In this document: one piece after another, positions 26,543 to 36,380 of the stretch
How the letters are laid out: each line of letters begins with the position of its first letter
Numbering within the stretch: the first letter of the stretch is position 1
Source of the DNA: Dehalococcoidia bacterium
Lineage (GTDB): Bacteria; Chloroflexota; Dehalococcoidia; Lucifugimonadales; UBA3495
NCBI GenBank assembly: GCA_965237775.1
Contig: OZ250155.1
Location: 4,703,814-4,767,813 of the forward strand
Length of the DNA stretch: 64,000 bases
Reading direction: 5' to 3'
Translations under genes and position numbers: made by a program
Notes under the pieces: generated by a model
The model's input: the letters and a program-made list of their open reading frames with translations, nothing else
The model's database searches: none
What the model was told of the DNA's origin: nothing

Positions 26543-29162
26543 TCAGGCGGCGTAGGCCAGCGAGCCGATGAGGCGGTTGAACAATAGCGTGGGGACTTTT
26601 GTGATTTCAGGTTCGGCTTCCGACATGGAAAAACTTCCAGAGGCCTGCCACAGGTCCCTTCGGACCAAGGCGATGGCATCCGCAAACGTGGGGAGCGGCT
26701 TGGCATACCAAGCGGCCGGCCGGGGAATGGGCGGGCCTTCTTTGTGGGACAGGTGTCCTGCCAGAGATACCCAGGAGAAGAGTCCAAGAAGCGCCGGTGT
26801 TGTACGGGCGATGGCTCGGTCGGACCACTGACGCTGGGTCTCCACTCCCAAATGAGCGCGTACTTCTTGGAATGTCACCTCCAATTGCCAGCGCAACACG
26901 AACCACTCCACGATCTGGACCGGGGTGGCCGCGAGGTCGGTGGAGAGCAACGCTTGGGGACGGAATTGCCCCAAGGGGTCTCGAATCAGGACCCATCGAA
27001 TAGGCACTGGATGCTTGCCCGAGTGGTACCAGAGGGCGGTTTGGGAAGCGACTTCCACGGTACGGCTAGTACCGTCATACCAAGCTGGCGAGGCCTCGGC
27101 CCAGCACGTATCCGGAGAGTCAAGGAGTTCCTTCAGCGTGGGCAACCGTTTACCCTTGACCCTGGGGCGGCCGTTCTGACCGGGCTGGCGAGGCGGCGCC
27201 GGCTCATAGAGCGCGGCATCCAGCCGCAACCTGGTGATTAGGGTAACGGGTTGAGCCAGGGCTTGGCAGAAGTGGAGCAAGTCCAAGACAGCGTAGCTGC
27301 TGTCGGCCACCAGCACCAGGGGCCGGTGGGGCAGCCATCGGCGCAGTTGGAGGATGATCTGGCGAGCCCAGTCGGTGAGCTTCTGGTGAGTTTCTTGGGA
27401 GTGCGCCCCCTTTTCCGGTAGTATCGTTCCGAGGGCGCCAGAACCGTCAGAAAAGGCAACGCCCAAGTCCGGTGGGCCCAGGGTATCGTGGTCAGCCACA
27501 TCAAGCTTATCCAGCGCAGACCGCTGGCTTTCACGAAATGGCTACCGCTGGAGCGCACTCCGTCGCGATAAATTCCTTTTGCCTTGATACGCCCGCCCCG
27601 CCTCCGTTCCAGAGTCTCATCGATGCCGAACACTAAGGGGCCATCCCCTTGGTCCAAGTGTTGGAGCAAGAGCCACAGCAGGGTCCGGCCCAATTGCAGA
27701 GGCTGCCACACCGCCCGGCTGAGTACATGATGGTACCTTGCAAAGTTCCGGTCATCCTCCAGTCCCATCACGCGCAACGCCGATATCACGGTTCGCTTGC
27801 CAGGGGCTAGTACTCAGTCAACTTGGGCTTGGGATTTGTTTAAGAAAGGGGCCAATTGAGCTATCCTGGCTGGTGGGAAGTGTTGATGGCGGGGGTAGGA
27901 GTGATGGTCAGGGACAAATACGCGGTGCGGCTGGCACAGGAACAACGGGAAGAGCTCCAACGACTGGTCCGGGTTGGCAAAAACTCAGCCCGAGTGACCG
28001 CTAGAGCGCGGATTCTCCTAAAGAGCGACGGCGGTTGGGCCGCGCCCCAAGTGGCCGAAGCTTTGGATGTGGCCCTGAGCACGGTATACCGGGTCAAGCA
28101 GCGCTTTGCCGAAGAAGGGTTGGAGAAGGTTTTGCGGGACCGTCCCCAGGCCAACCGGCCCCGGAAGTTGGACGACCGGGGCGAGGCCCACCTGATTGCC
28201 TTGGCCTGCAGCCCGCCGCCGGAAGGGCATGACCACTGGACCCTGCGTCTGCTGGCCGGGAAGGTGGTCGAATTGGGGTTGGCGTCCTCCATGTCCCATG
28301 AGGGAATCCGAAAGCGTCTCAAAAAAACACTCTCAAGCCGTGGCAGAAGAAGGAGTGGTGCATTCCCAAGGTGAGCGCGGAATTTGTGGCTAACATGGAG
28401 GATGTCCTGGATCTCTACGCCGAACCTCATGATCCCCAACGTCCGGTGGTCTGCTTTGACGAGACCTCCACCCAGTTGTTGGCGGAGACCCGGCCGCCGC
28501 TCCCGCCCCGGCCGGGACGTCCGCTGCGCCAGGACTACGAATACCGCAGGGAGGGTACCCGCAACCTCTTCTTGGCCTGTGAGCCGTTGGCGGGCTGGCG
28601 GCATGTGGCAGTGACCGAGCGGCGCACGATGCAAGACTTCGCCCGCCGGATGCGCTGGCTGGTGGATGAAGCCTACCCCGAAGCCGAGGTGGTAAGGGTC
28701 GTCTTGGACAATCTGAACACCCATCGCCGGGCATCGCTGTACGAGACTTTCCCGGCTGAGGAAGCCCGGAGGATTGCCAGGCGGCTGGAGTTCCACTACA
28801 CCCCCAAGCACGGGAGTTGGCTGAATCCTGTCCTGAGCTTGTCGAAGGGATGGCGGAGATCGAGTTCAGCGTACTGTCCCGCTCCTGCCTGAAGCAGCGG
28901 CTCTCCGGCGAGGAGGCCCTAAGGAGGGAAGTAGACGCTCTGGTCACGGAGCGCAACAACGCCAGAGCCACCATCAACTGGCGGTTCAACACCCGGGACG
29001 CACGGACCAAACTACACCGCCTTTACCCTTCCGATTTTACCGTTGACTGAGTACTAGGATGGCGCCAACCAGCAGCAGTTGGGATTTCAACCAGGTTCTG
29101 CGATGGAACAGCGTCGAAAAGGGTGTGAGTAGAGATATAATGGTATTCGGCAGGGTAAGCAT
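26543..29162 (-). pseudogene. Second IS701-like transposase gene, interrupted by IS630 type-1 copy 3 and frameshifted
   Basis: From ATG 29162 it reads MLTLPNTIISLLTPFSTLFHRRTWLKSQLLLVGAIL. Removing 27810-29056 restores ...LLLVGAILAPGKRTVISALRVMGL... across a CTAG. There is a further frameshift between ORFs 27238..27789 and 26543..27499. Confidence 0.8.
27810..29054 (+). mobile_element. IS630 type 1, copy 3 (nested in the IS701-like element)
   Basis: GTACTCAGTCAAC...GTTGACTGAGTAC, flanked by TA (27808-27809 and 29055-29056). orfA is 27856..28374, orfB 28371..28892 and the C-terminal piece 28817..29050. The 23-nt insert is at 28827-28849. Confidence 0.9.
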
Positions 29163-29340
29163 AACTTGTCCTTTCATAAGGAGTAGACCAAGTTAGCTTA
29201 CCCTGTTCTTTTATTTTGTCTAGTTTTTGTACAAAGTCCAGCTAAGTAACTATCTCAAAAGTCCCTTCTCCCCGTGCGGGAGAAGATTAGGATGCGGGGG
29301 ATCGTATCCGTCACCCTCACCTCAATCCTCTCCCATCCAG

Positions 29341-30743
29341 GGCTGACAGGGGTATGTAAAGTCTTAAAATAGTTTGAGAACTTGGAAAGCGCACGGGAAT
29401 CTGGCATCTTGGTTGCAATCACGAAACCGGATGCCGGAGGTCTCCCATGCGCCTTCCCAGCGAATGCTACCAGATGAAGCAGGCTGATGAAGCAGGCTAT
29501 TGAAACGCATATGCCCCACCTCAGCCGGCCGCAATTGACCGGGCTGGTTCTATGGGTGTGCGGGACTATTCTGACCGGGAGCGCCTGCCAGAACGCCGTC
29601 GCCGCCGCTCTCTCGACCCGGGGCAGTTGGAACAACATGCGGCAGTACCTCCGGGAGTGGCTGTACGACGGCGCCGACCGGGCGCGCCCCTGCGGGACGG
29701 AACTGGACGTAAGCCTCTGCTTCGCACCGCTGCTGAGATGGGTCCTTTCGTGGTGGCGTTCCGACAGGCTGGCGTTGGCGATAGACCCGACGCTGAAAGG
29801 GAAAGAGACCACCGCCATAGTCATAAGCGTGGTCTACCGCGGCTGTGCTATTCCGGTGGCGTGGCGCATCATGCGGGCCAACAAGCCGGGTGCGTGGATG
29901 GATCCGATAGTCGAGCTGCTGCAGGCGCTGGCCCCGGCGGCGCCGGAGGGGATGAACGTGATTGTGCTGTGCGACCGGGGCCTGACCAGTCCGAAATTGT
30001 GGGAACAGATACGCGCCCAGAGCCTGCCCCCGGCCACGACCGGGGGGCTGGCATCCGTACATGAGGTACCCTAAAAACACGACTTTCTGCGCCGAGGGAG
30101 GCCGCCGTCTTCCGGCGCGGACCTTCCTTTCCCGTCCGGATACCGCCGGATACCGCGTGGATTGGCGGCGGGACCGCGTGGATTGGCGGCGGGACCGCGT
30201 TCAGCGACGCAACCGTGAAACGCCGCTGCACCCTGATCGTGGTCTGGTACGCTGAGCAGGAGGAGCCGTGGATCATACTGACCGACCACCCACCCGGAGA
30301 AGCGGGAGCGAGTTGGTACGCGCTCCGTTTCTGGATAGAACTGGGCTTCAAGATGCTCAAGAGCGTCGGCTGGCAATGGCAGAGGACCCGGAGGACCAGC
30401 CCGGAGCGGAATTCCCGGCATTGGCTCGTGCTATCGGTAACTACCCTGATGGCCCTGGCCTATGGGACCAGGGTGGAAGACGCCTTTGACCGTAAGATCG
30501 CCCCCGGCAGCCTGAGAGCGCCTCCGAAATGCCTGGCGTCCACTCACCTCGATAGTAGGAGTAGGCCGGGACGGACCGTCAGCCTGGTCCGCCACGGCAT
30601 CGGCTGGCTGAGGCGGTTGATGCACCGGGGCAGGCTCTGGAGCCGGGTGTGGCTGCTGCCCGAACCGTGGCCGGAACTTAAGCCCGGCCTGGAGATCCAC
30701 TGCCTCGCCCCCGCTTGAAACTCAATACATACCCCTGTCAGCC
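29341..30743 (+). mobile_element. IS4-family element with a decayed transposase
   Basis: The inverted repeats are GGCTGACAGGGGTATGTAAAG (left) and ATACATACCCCTGTCAGCC (right). Confidence 0.75.
29487..30718 (+). pseudogene. IS4-family transposase in at least two frames
   Basis: ORFs 29487..30074 (...LAIDPTLKGKETTAIVISVVYRGCAIPVAWRIM...VIVLCDRGLTSPKLW) and 30215..30718 (...WYALRFWIELGFKMLKSVGWQWQRTR...) are separated by a frameshifted gap. The gap contains a 21-nt x2 tandem duplication (30153-30194). Confidence 0.7.
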
Positions 30744-30897
30744 CCGGCGGGGGGTCGGTCGGCCCGGTCAGGGGCTTCCCTTGGCCGGGCCGACCGACCA
30801 GGTCCCGGACCGCAGACCGCGCGCATCAGACTGATGCCAACCAGCCGACGCCCGTGTCCCTGAGACGGTGGGCGCCGGCTCCTGCGTTCCCGGCGAG

Positions 30898-30939
30898 CAG
30901 ACGGTCTCAGACCGTCTGTGGGACACCTGCAGGTGTCCC
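30898..30939. repeat. Two adjacent perfect palindromes
   Basis: CAGACGGTCT-C-AGACCGTCTG (30898-30918) and GGGACACCTGCAGGTGTCCC (30920-30939). They sit in the ~420-nt leader upstream of the Zn-ribbon-HTH gene. Confidence 0.9.
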
Positions 30940-31192
30940 CGGAGTCCCTTCGGATCCGGGCAACGGCAACCACCTCCTTGATGTCGCCGTTCCGGCGGCA
31001 ACCAGTCCCACGACGCCGTCCCTGCCCCCCGGCGTCCGGGCCTCCGCCACATCATCCGGGACAACCAGCCGGGCTGGACCTGTCCCTCAGGGCGCCTCCC
31101 ACCTCGGGTGCCATCACCCGGCCTGTTGCCAGGGAGCGACGGCCACACCCCCCCAGACCCACGGGCAAGACCCCGGTACCCGGAGATACGAC

Positions 31193-31573
31193 ATGGAACC
31201 AGAACAACCGGCCAGGAAACCCGGTCCCTGCCCCAAGTGCGGCGGCACCCTGGCCTACAGCGAGGACCGGTACGGCCCCTACGTCACGTGCCTGCACTGC
31301 GGGAAGCTCATCGACCTGCTCGCCACCGCGCATGACGTGCCTGCGGGGGAACGGGACAACCCTTCATCCCCGATAGTACGAAACCGCGGGAGGCTGAAGG
31401 GGCCCATGACACGGGAGTGCCGGGAGATGTACCGGGAGTGGTGCGCCATCATCCGGAACGAGGGGCTGACGGTCACTCAGGCCGCCCGGAGGTTCGGCGT
31501 CAGCTACCGTACCATCTACCGGATCCTCCACCGGTACAAGCCCGAGCCCGGTCAACTGGGGGAACCCGGCTAG
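31193..31573 (+). CDS. Small Zn-ribbon plus HTH protein (126 aa)
   Basis: GGAGA lies ~7 nt before ATG 31193. CPKCGG...CLHCG forms a four-Cys ribbon, and the HTH is LTVTQAARRFGVSYRTIYRIL. It is a paralogue of the N-terminus of 38251..39264. The Pro/Arg-rich upstream part of the track ORF was rejected. Confidence 0.65.
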   Translation: MEPEQPARKPGPCPKCGGTLAYSEDRYGPYVTCLHCGKLIDLLATAHDVPAGERDNPSSPIVRNRGRLKGPMTRECREMYREWCAIIRNEGLTVTQAARRFGVSYRTIYRILHRYKPEPGQLGEPG

Positions 31574-32017
31574 GCGAATGGCATCTACACCAGAAGAGAC
31601 ATGGGCCGCCTCAGCAGCGCCGCCGCGTTCACGGGCCACGATGATGAGTATGGAAACCTTCGGATCTGGGCCGGCGCCACTCCACAATCGTGGACAGCAC
31701 CGTGTCCGCGCGTCATGGCTTCCCGAAGCGGCCCCTGAAGGTCCAAAGCCTGGCGGAGGTCCGGTCAGACATCGCTCTCCAGGCGTCCTCCGGCGAGCGC
31801 GTATGAGTCGCCTATCCGGCAGGCAGATGCCAACCCGGATCGTTTTCACCACCTCCGTATGCTCAACTCACCATGCGGGCAAATCATGACTTGTGACAGA
31901 CCGCCTGTTCTGCTTTGCTATTGATCAATGACCGGACCGGCACTTCATGGCCTCACGGATCTTCACGCGAGACCCGGCCGCACGGACCTTCCGGGGACTT
32001 CATTGTTGGAGGGACAC

Positions 32018-32164
32018 ATGAGAACACGAAATCCGGACCCTCTGGCCGTGATTGTGGCAGGGGAACTCCACCAGCGGTACAGGCCGCTGGCCGCCATCCT
32101 CTTCGGCTCACGAGCCAGGGGCGACCACCGCGAGGACAGCTCTGTCGATTTCCAAGGTCTTTGA
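32018..32164 (+). pseudogene. Nucleotidyltransferase (MNT/KNTase-type) N-terminal fragment
   Basis: GGAGGGA lies upstream of ATG 32018. It reads MRTRNPDPLAVIVAGELHQRYRPLAAILFGSRARGDHREDSSVD and then stops after 48 codons. Confidence 0.5.
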
Positions 32165-32238
32165 TCCAGGGATTTACACGGTCATTGACCCACCCTGGGG
32201 CATGTTGATCTGAGTATTATCCGGTTGCCGCTTGCCGG

Positions 32239-32871
32239 TCAATCACCCCCATCTCGTCCTGGGCCAAGCAGGGCTCGGTGGGGCGACTGACGTTCCCGGT
32301 AGCTGTTGCCCTCGATGACGATCTGGTAGCTGGCGTTGGCCAGCCGGTCGAGAGCGCTGTTTGCTAGGACGGGGTCCTCGAAGAGGCCCAGCCATTCGTC
32401 CACGGACCGGTTGCTGGTGATGACGAAGCTGGACACGCGGTGGCGGTTGAGGATCAGCTCATAAAGGTCAGCCGACTGCTGGGCCGTGAAGCGGTGCAGG
32501 CCGAGGTCGTCCAGGATGAGCAGGTCAGGAGACAGGAAGGACCGGAAGGTGCGCTCCACCGAGTTGTCCGCCCTGGCCTGGTTCATGACTCTAAAGAAGT
32601 GGTCGGCATGAATGAAGCGGACGGTGTGCCCGGCCCTGACGGCGGAGTAGCCGAGGGCTTGGGACATGAAGCTCTTGCCGACGCCGGCGGGTCCCACCAG
32701 CAGGACGTGCTCGTGCTTGTCCAGGAACTCCAGGGAGAAGACGGCATCCAGCAGCCGGCGGTCGAGCGTGATCAACGCCGACCAGTCGAAGTCCTCCAGG
32801 CGGCAGATCTCCGGGAAGCCGGCGGCCTGCAGGCGCATCTCGATGCGGCGGTGGGCCCGGCGGAGTGTACA
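32239..32871 (-). pseudogene. IS21-family IstB helper ATPase, 5'-truncated (no istA)
   Basis: ...RRIEMRLQAAGFPEICRLEDFDW...LLVGPAGVGKSFMSQALG...LLILDDLG...ITSNRSVDEW. The first ~50 codons are missing. Confidence 0.75.
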
Positions 32872-33589
32872 GGTCGACGTCGCCGGCACCGGCCAGGACC
32901 GACATGCCCAGGGCAACGTCACCCACGGTGCGGGCAATGGGTCCCACGTGGATGGCCCGGAGCAGGGTCTGGGGTTGAATGCGGGTGTAGGATATGCGGC
33001 CCAGAGTGGGTTTGATGCCCATGACGCCGCACAGGCTGGCAGGCGCGCGGATGGACCCGCCCAGGTCCGTTCCCAGACCGAACGGCGAAAGACCCGCGGC
33101 GATGGCGGCGGCCTCACCGCCGCTGGAGCCTCCCGCAGTCCTGTCCAGGTTCCAGGGATTGCGCGTCTTCCCGAAAACCTCGTTGTCGGTTTCCCACCAC
33201 AGGGCGAACTCCGGCATGTTGGTCTTCCCCAGCAGAATCCCGCCGGCCGCCTTCAGCCGGGTATACACCTCCGCGTCCTGACGGGATACGTAGCCGTCGT
33301 AAACCTTCGATCCCATGGACATTCGCAACCCTGCAGTTTCGATGCAGTCCTTGAGTGTGTAGGGCACACCGTGGAAGGGGCCCAGGCCGTCGCCCCGCAT
33401 TACCGCTTCCTCGGCTTCCCTGGCCTGCTCCAGCGGGTCGCCGGTGAAGAAGACGATGGCGTTCAGCGTGGGGTTGAGCTGCTCGATATGTTCCAGGTGG
33501 GCCTGGACCACCTCCACTGGGGACAGCACTTTCTGGCGTATCTTTGCCGCCAATTCTGTAGCAGGAGCGTAGTAGATCTCTTCACTCAT
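32872..33589 (-). pseudogene. Amidase (amidase-signature family), 3'-truncated, abutting the IstB fragment
   Basis: It starts MSEEIYYAPATELA... and has the signature GGSSGGEAAAIAAGLSPFGLGTDLGGSIRAPA. Amidase-like sequence ends after ...LAGAGDVD near 32872. Confidence 0.7.
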
Positions 33590-34408
33590 GGCTTTCCTCC
33601 GCAGGGCAGATGGTGGAGTCTACCATCGATAGCTCCAGGTTTGGCCGCTCCGGCGCCGGCACTTCCCAGGCATCGCAGGGAAATCATTCCCGGCACCTCG
33701 CTCGGGACGCTCCCGGTTTCAGGTGACGATGGCCATGGCCGTGGCAGGGGCACGGGGGACCCAGGCCGGAGCATCGAAACCACCAGCAAGGTGCCGCATC
33801 ACCACTCTGTTCCCGCCTGCAAGCTCCGGGCATCTTCCACTACTCTCACATCAAGCGGGTTGCCGGGCAAGGGAACCGGCGATGGCGCGGTGAGGGGAGT
33901 CATCCATCCTCCGGCGCCCGGCAAAGCCCGGAAACGCGTCCATCAGGCTGGGCTGGCGATGGCCGCAGGGGATCTCGACCCTGAGCGTGGCAGTCCCGGT
34001 GAACTTTTGCTGGCAGGTAGCTGATGGAGCACCAGGCAGGACGTCACGGGGCCGACCAACCCCCGCCAGGGGGTCAGGATGTGGGTCCGCCGGGCCCCGG
34101 GCATTGCCGCACAGTACAGGCTGCCGTGGGGCCTCGGCGTCCTCGCACCGGCCCACCTGGTCTAACTCCGAGGCTTGCCCTGGAGCGCCGTCAGCGCCAA
34201 CAACCGGCGTCGTCCGGGCGCGTCCCTGCCCCACTCGACCGGCCGCTCCCCGGAGCGGCACACCGCCATCCCGGCGCTGCGTCCTTCCCTGATCTGCCTG
34301 GAGCAGCGCAAATGTGTGCCCCCAATGTTCAACGAAAATGCTAAAACGCCAGACCGCCCTCCTCCACTACCATGGATGGTACCAACGCACTGGAGGACGA
34401 TACATACC

Positions 34409-35794
34409 ATGAGCACGCCAATACAGTGGTTCCCGTTCAGTCACCTGGCCTTTTTGTTCCCTCCCATGAACCCGGCTGAGTTCGCCGCGCTGGTGGACAG
34501 CATCAGCAAGCACGGCCAGCAGGACCTCATCGCGGTCTGGCGCAAACAGATCATCGACGGGAGGCACTGCTGCCTGGCCTGCATCAAAGCGGGAGTCGAG
34601 CCGCAGTATGTGCACCTGCCCGATGACATCGACCCACGGGAGTACGTCCTGGACATGAACCTGGCTCGCCGGGACATGAGCGCCAGCCAGAGGGCCGTCA
34701 GTGCCTCCAGGGTCTTGTCCCCGTCCGGTCCCGGCCGGCCGCGGACGGAGGACCGTGACGACCCGGAACGCCCATACACCCAGCGGGAAGCGGCAGAGCG
34801 CTTTCGCGTGAGCAGGTCGGAGCTGAACCTCGCCATCAAGGCGATGTCCGAGGACAGCGGCGCGCACGCCGCGGTGCGCCGGGGTGTCGAACAGGGGCGG
34901 ATCACCCTGAACGACGCCAGGAGCGTGATGGGGGAACCGCAGGAGATACAGCGGGAAGCCATGGTCCGGGTGATCAGGAGAAAAAAGGGCACCGCCGCCA
35001 ACGAGGTGAGGCGGGTTAAGCGGGAGATCGCACGGAGGGAAGATGCCGCGGCCCTCGAAGCTGCGCTGGCCAGGCCAATCGGGGAGGAGGTCACCCTGCA
35101 CCACTCGGCGGTGGCAGACCTCCATAGGCTGGTTGCGCCCGAAACGGTGGACGCCATCATCACCCACCCTCCCGCTGTGGATGAGGGGTCGCAGGCATTG
35201 TTCTCCGACCTGGCAGCCTTTGCCGCCCACGCGCTCAGGCCGGGCGGCGTGTTGGCGGTCGTGGCCAGCTCCCCGAGCCTGCCGCGGTTCCTCGATGGCC
35301 TGAAGCACCCGGAGCTGCACTGGGTCCTCGAGATGGACCTCCAGTTCAGCAAGCCGCAGGGCAGGTCGGGCCGGCCCCACTTCATAAGTCTCCGCCGCCG
35401 GCCGTTGCTGGTCTACGGCCGGCCAGGCTACACTCTCAACGGCGGAGACGACGTCATATCCGTGCCGGCCCCCGGGGAACTCGCTGAAGGACAGGAGCGG
35501 TGGCACCCGGTTGAGGTCGGGATGTCGATGATGGTCGAGAGGTTCACCCGTCCCGGCGACGTGGTGTGCGACCCCTTTCTCCTGGGATGGCGCGGCACCG
35601 CGCTGGGGGCCAGGAGGCACGGCCGCATCTTCATCGGAGCGGACAGGGACAGGGGCTGCGTTGACCGCACCCGGCGGTTCCTCTCGGAGGCCGACCACGT
35701 GACTGTCACGACAGCGCCGGGGTCCCGGGCCGCGCCACCGCGTAACCCTCCGTTGGGTCCCGCTCACCCGCCGATAGCCCGCGTGTCCGGCTGA
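34409..35794 (+). CDS. ParB-like N-terminal domain fused to a DNA-methyltransferase-like domain (461 aa)
   Basis: GGAGGA lies ~10 nt before ATG 34409. The ParB/Srx-like part is DLIAVWRKQIIDGRHCCLACIKAG. The methylase-like part has DAIITHPPAVDEG where D/N/S-PP-Y/F is expected, and VVCDPFLLGWRGTALGARRHGRIFIGADRD where DPFxGSGTT is expected. Confidence 0.65.
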   Translation: MSTPIQWFPFSHLAFLFPPMNPAEFAALVDSISKHGQQDLIAVWRKQIIDGRHCCLACIKAGVEPQYVHLPDDIDPREYVLDMNLARRDMSASQRAVSASRVLSPSGPGRPRTEDRDDPERPYTQREAAERFRVSRSELNLAIKAMSEDSGAHAAVRRGVEQGRITLNDARSVMGEPQEIQREAMVRVIRRKKGTAANEVRRVKREIARREDAAALEAALARPIGEEVTLHHSAVADLHRLVAPETVDAIITHPPAVDEGSQALFSDLAAFAAHALRPGGVLAVVASSPSLPRFLDGLKHPELHWVLEMDLQFSKPQGRSGRPHFISLRRRPLLVYGRPGYTLNGGDDVISVPAPGELAEGQERWHPVEVGMSMMVERFTRPGDVVCDPFLLGWRGTALGARRHGRIFIGADRDRGCVDRTRRFLSEADHVTVTTAPGSRAAPPRNPPLGPAHPPIARVSG

Positions 35795-36380
35795 CCTGAA
35801 CTCCCTCGGCGCCCGGACACGCCCGTACTGCACATTTCCCCCATGCCGGCCCTGTAATATCGCAGTCGCCCGGAGACAGGAGGATGTTCGGCTTTCCGGG
35901 AAATTGTCCGAATTTGGACAATTTCCCCTCAGGAGAGACGTGACCCAGGCCGGCCGTCCTGAGCGGCAATCCCTCCAGACCCGCCCGTGCCGGTCCCAGC
36001 TGAGCCTCTCCGGTCTGCGTAGTCCGCCAGGTAGCCCGGGTTGCACAGGGGGAGCACCCGATCGGGGACGGCGGCGAGTCCCGAAGTTCCGGCAGACCTG
36101 ACCGGGCCGGACGCTCATTTCCGGGGCCGGGAAACCTCAGGGTCGTGCGCGTCAGCGCAAGCCGGGACAGTCCAAACCAGCCGGCGCCCGCGTCTCCGAG
36201 ACGGTGGGCGCCAGTTTTGCCGTCTACGGCATTGAGCCTCGCCCGGCGCAGCGGAGGGAGATCGCCAGCCGCCAACAGGCTCCAGGTGTGCCGGGGACAC
36301 GGTATCCACAGTTCTTCAACCACATTTCCCGCCTGAAGCCGTTCCAGTACGCCGGCGCGCGGGGGACGGCGTACTGGGCT

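Noticed and set aside
30854-31192. 113-codon N-terminal extension of the ribbon-HTH ORF, and similar extensions of 38134..39264, 42184..44391, 44345..46024 and 34175..35794
   Set aside because: The extensions are Pro/Arg/Ser-rich and overlap repeats or palindromes. Internal start codons with good GGAGG-type sites give proteins that align with their paralogues or families.
32666-34024. 452-aa plus-strand ORF
   Set aside because: It runs antisense across the IstB and amidase fragments. It has low-complexity Arg/Gly/Ala/Pro composition and no RBS or motifs.
34367-36118. 583-aa minus-strand ORF
   Set aside because: It is antisense to the ParB-methylase-like gene. It is extremely Arg/Pro/Gly-rich, a typical high-GC mirror frame.
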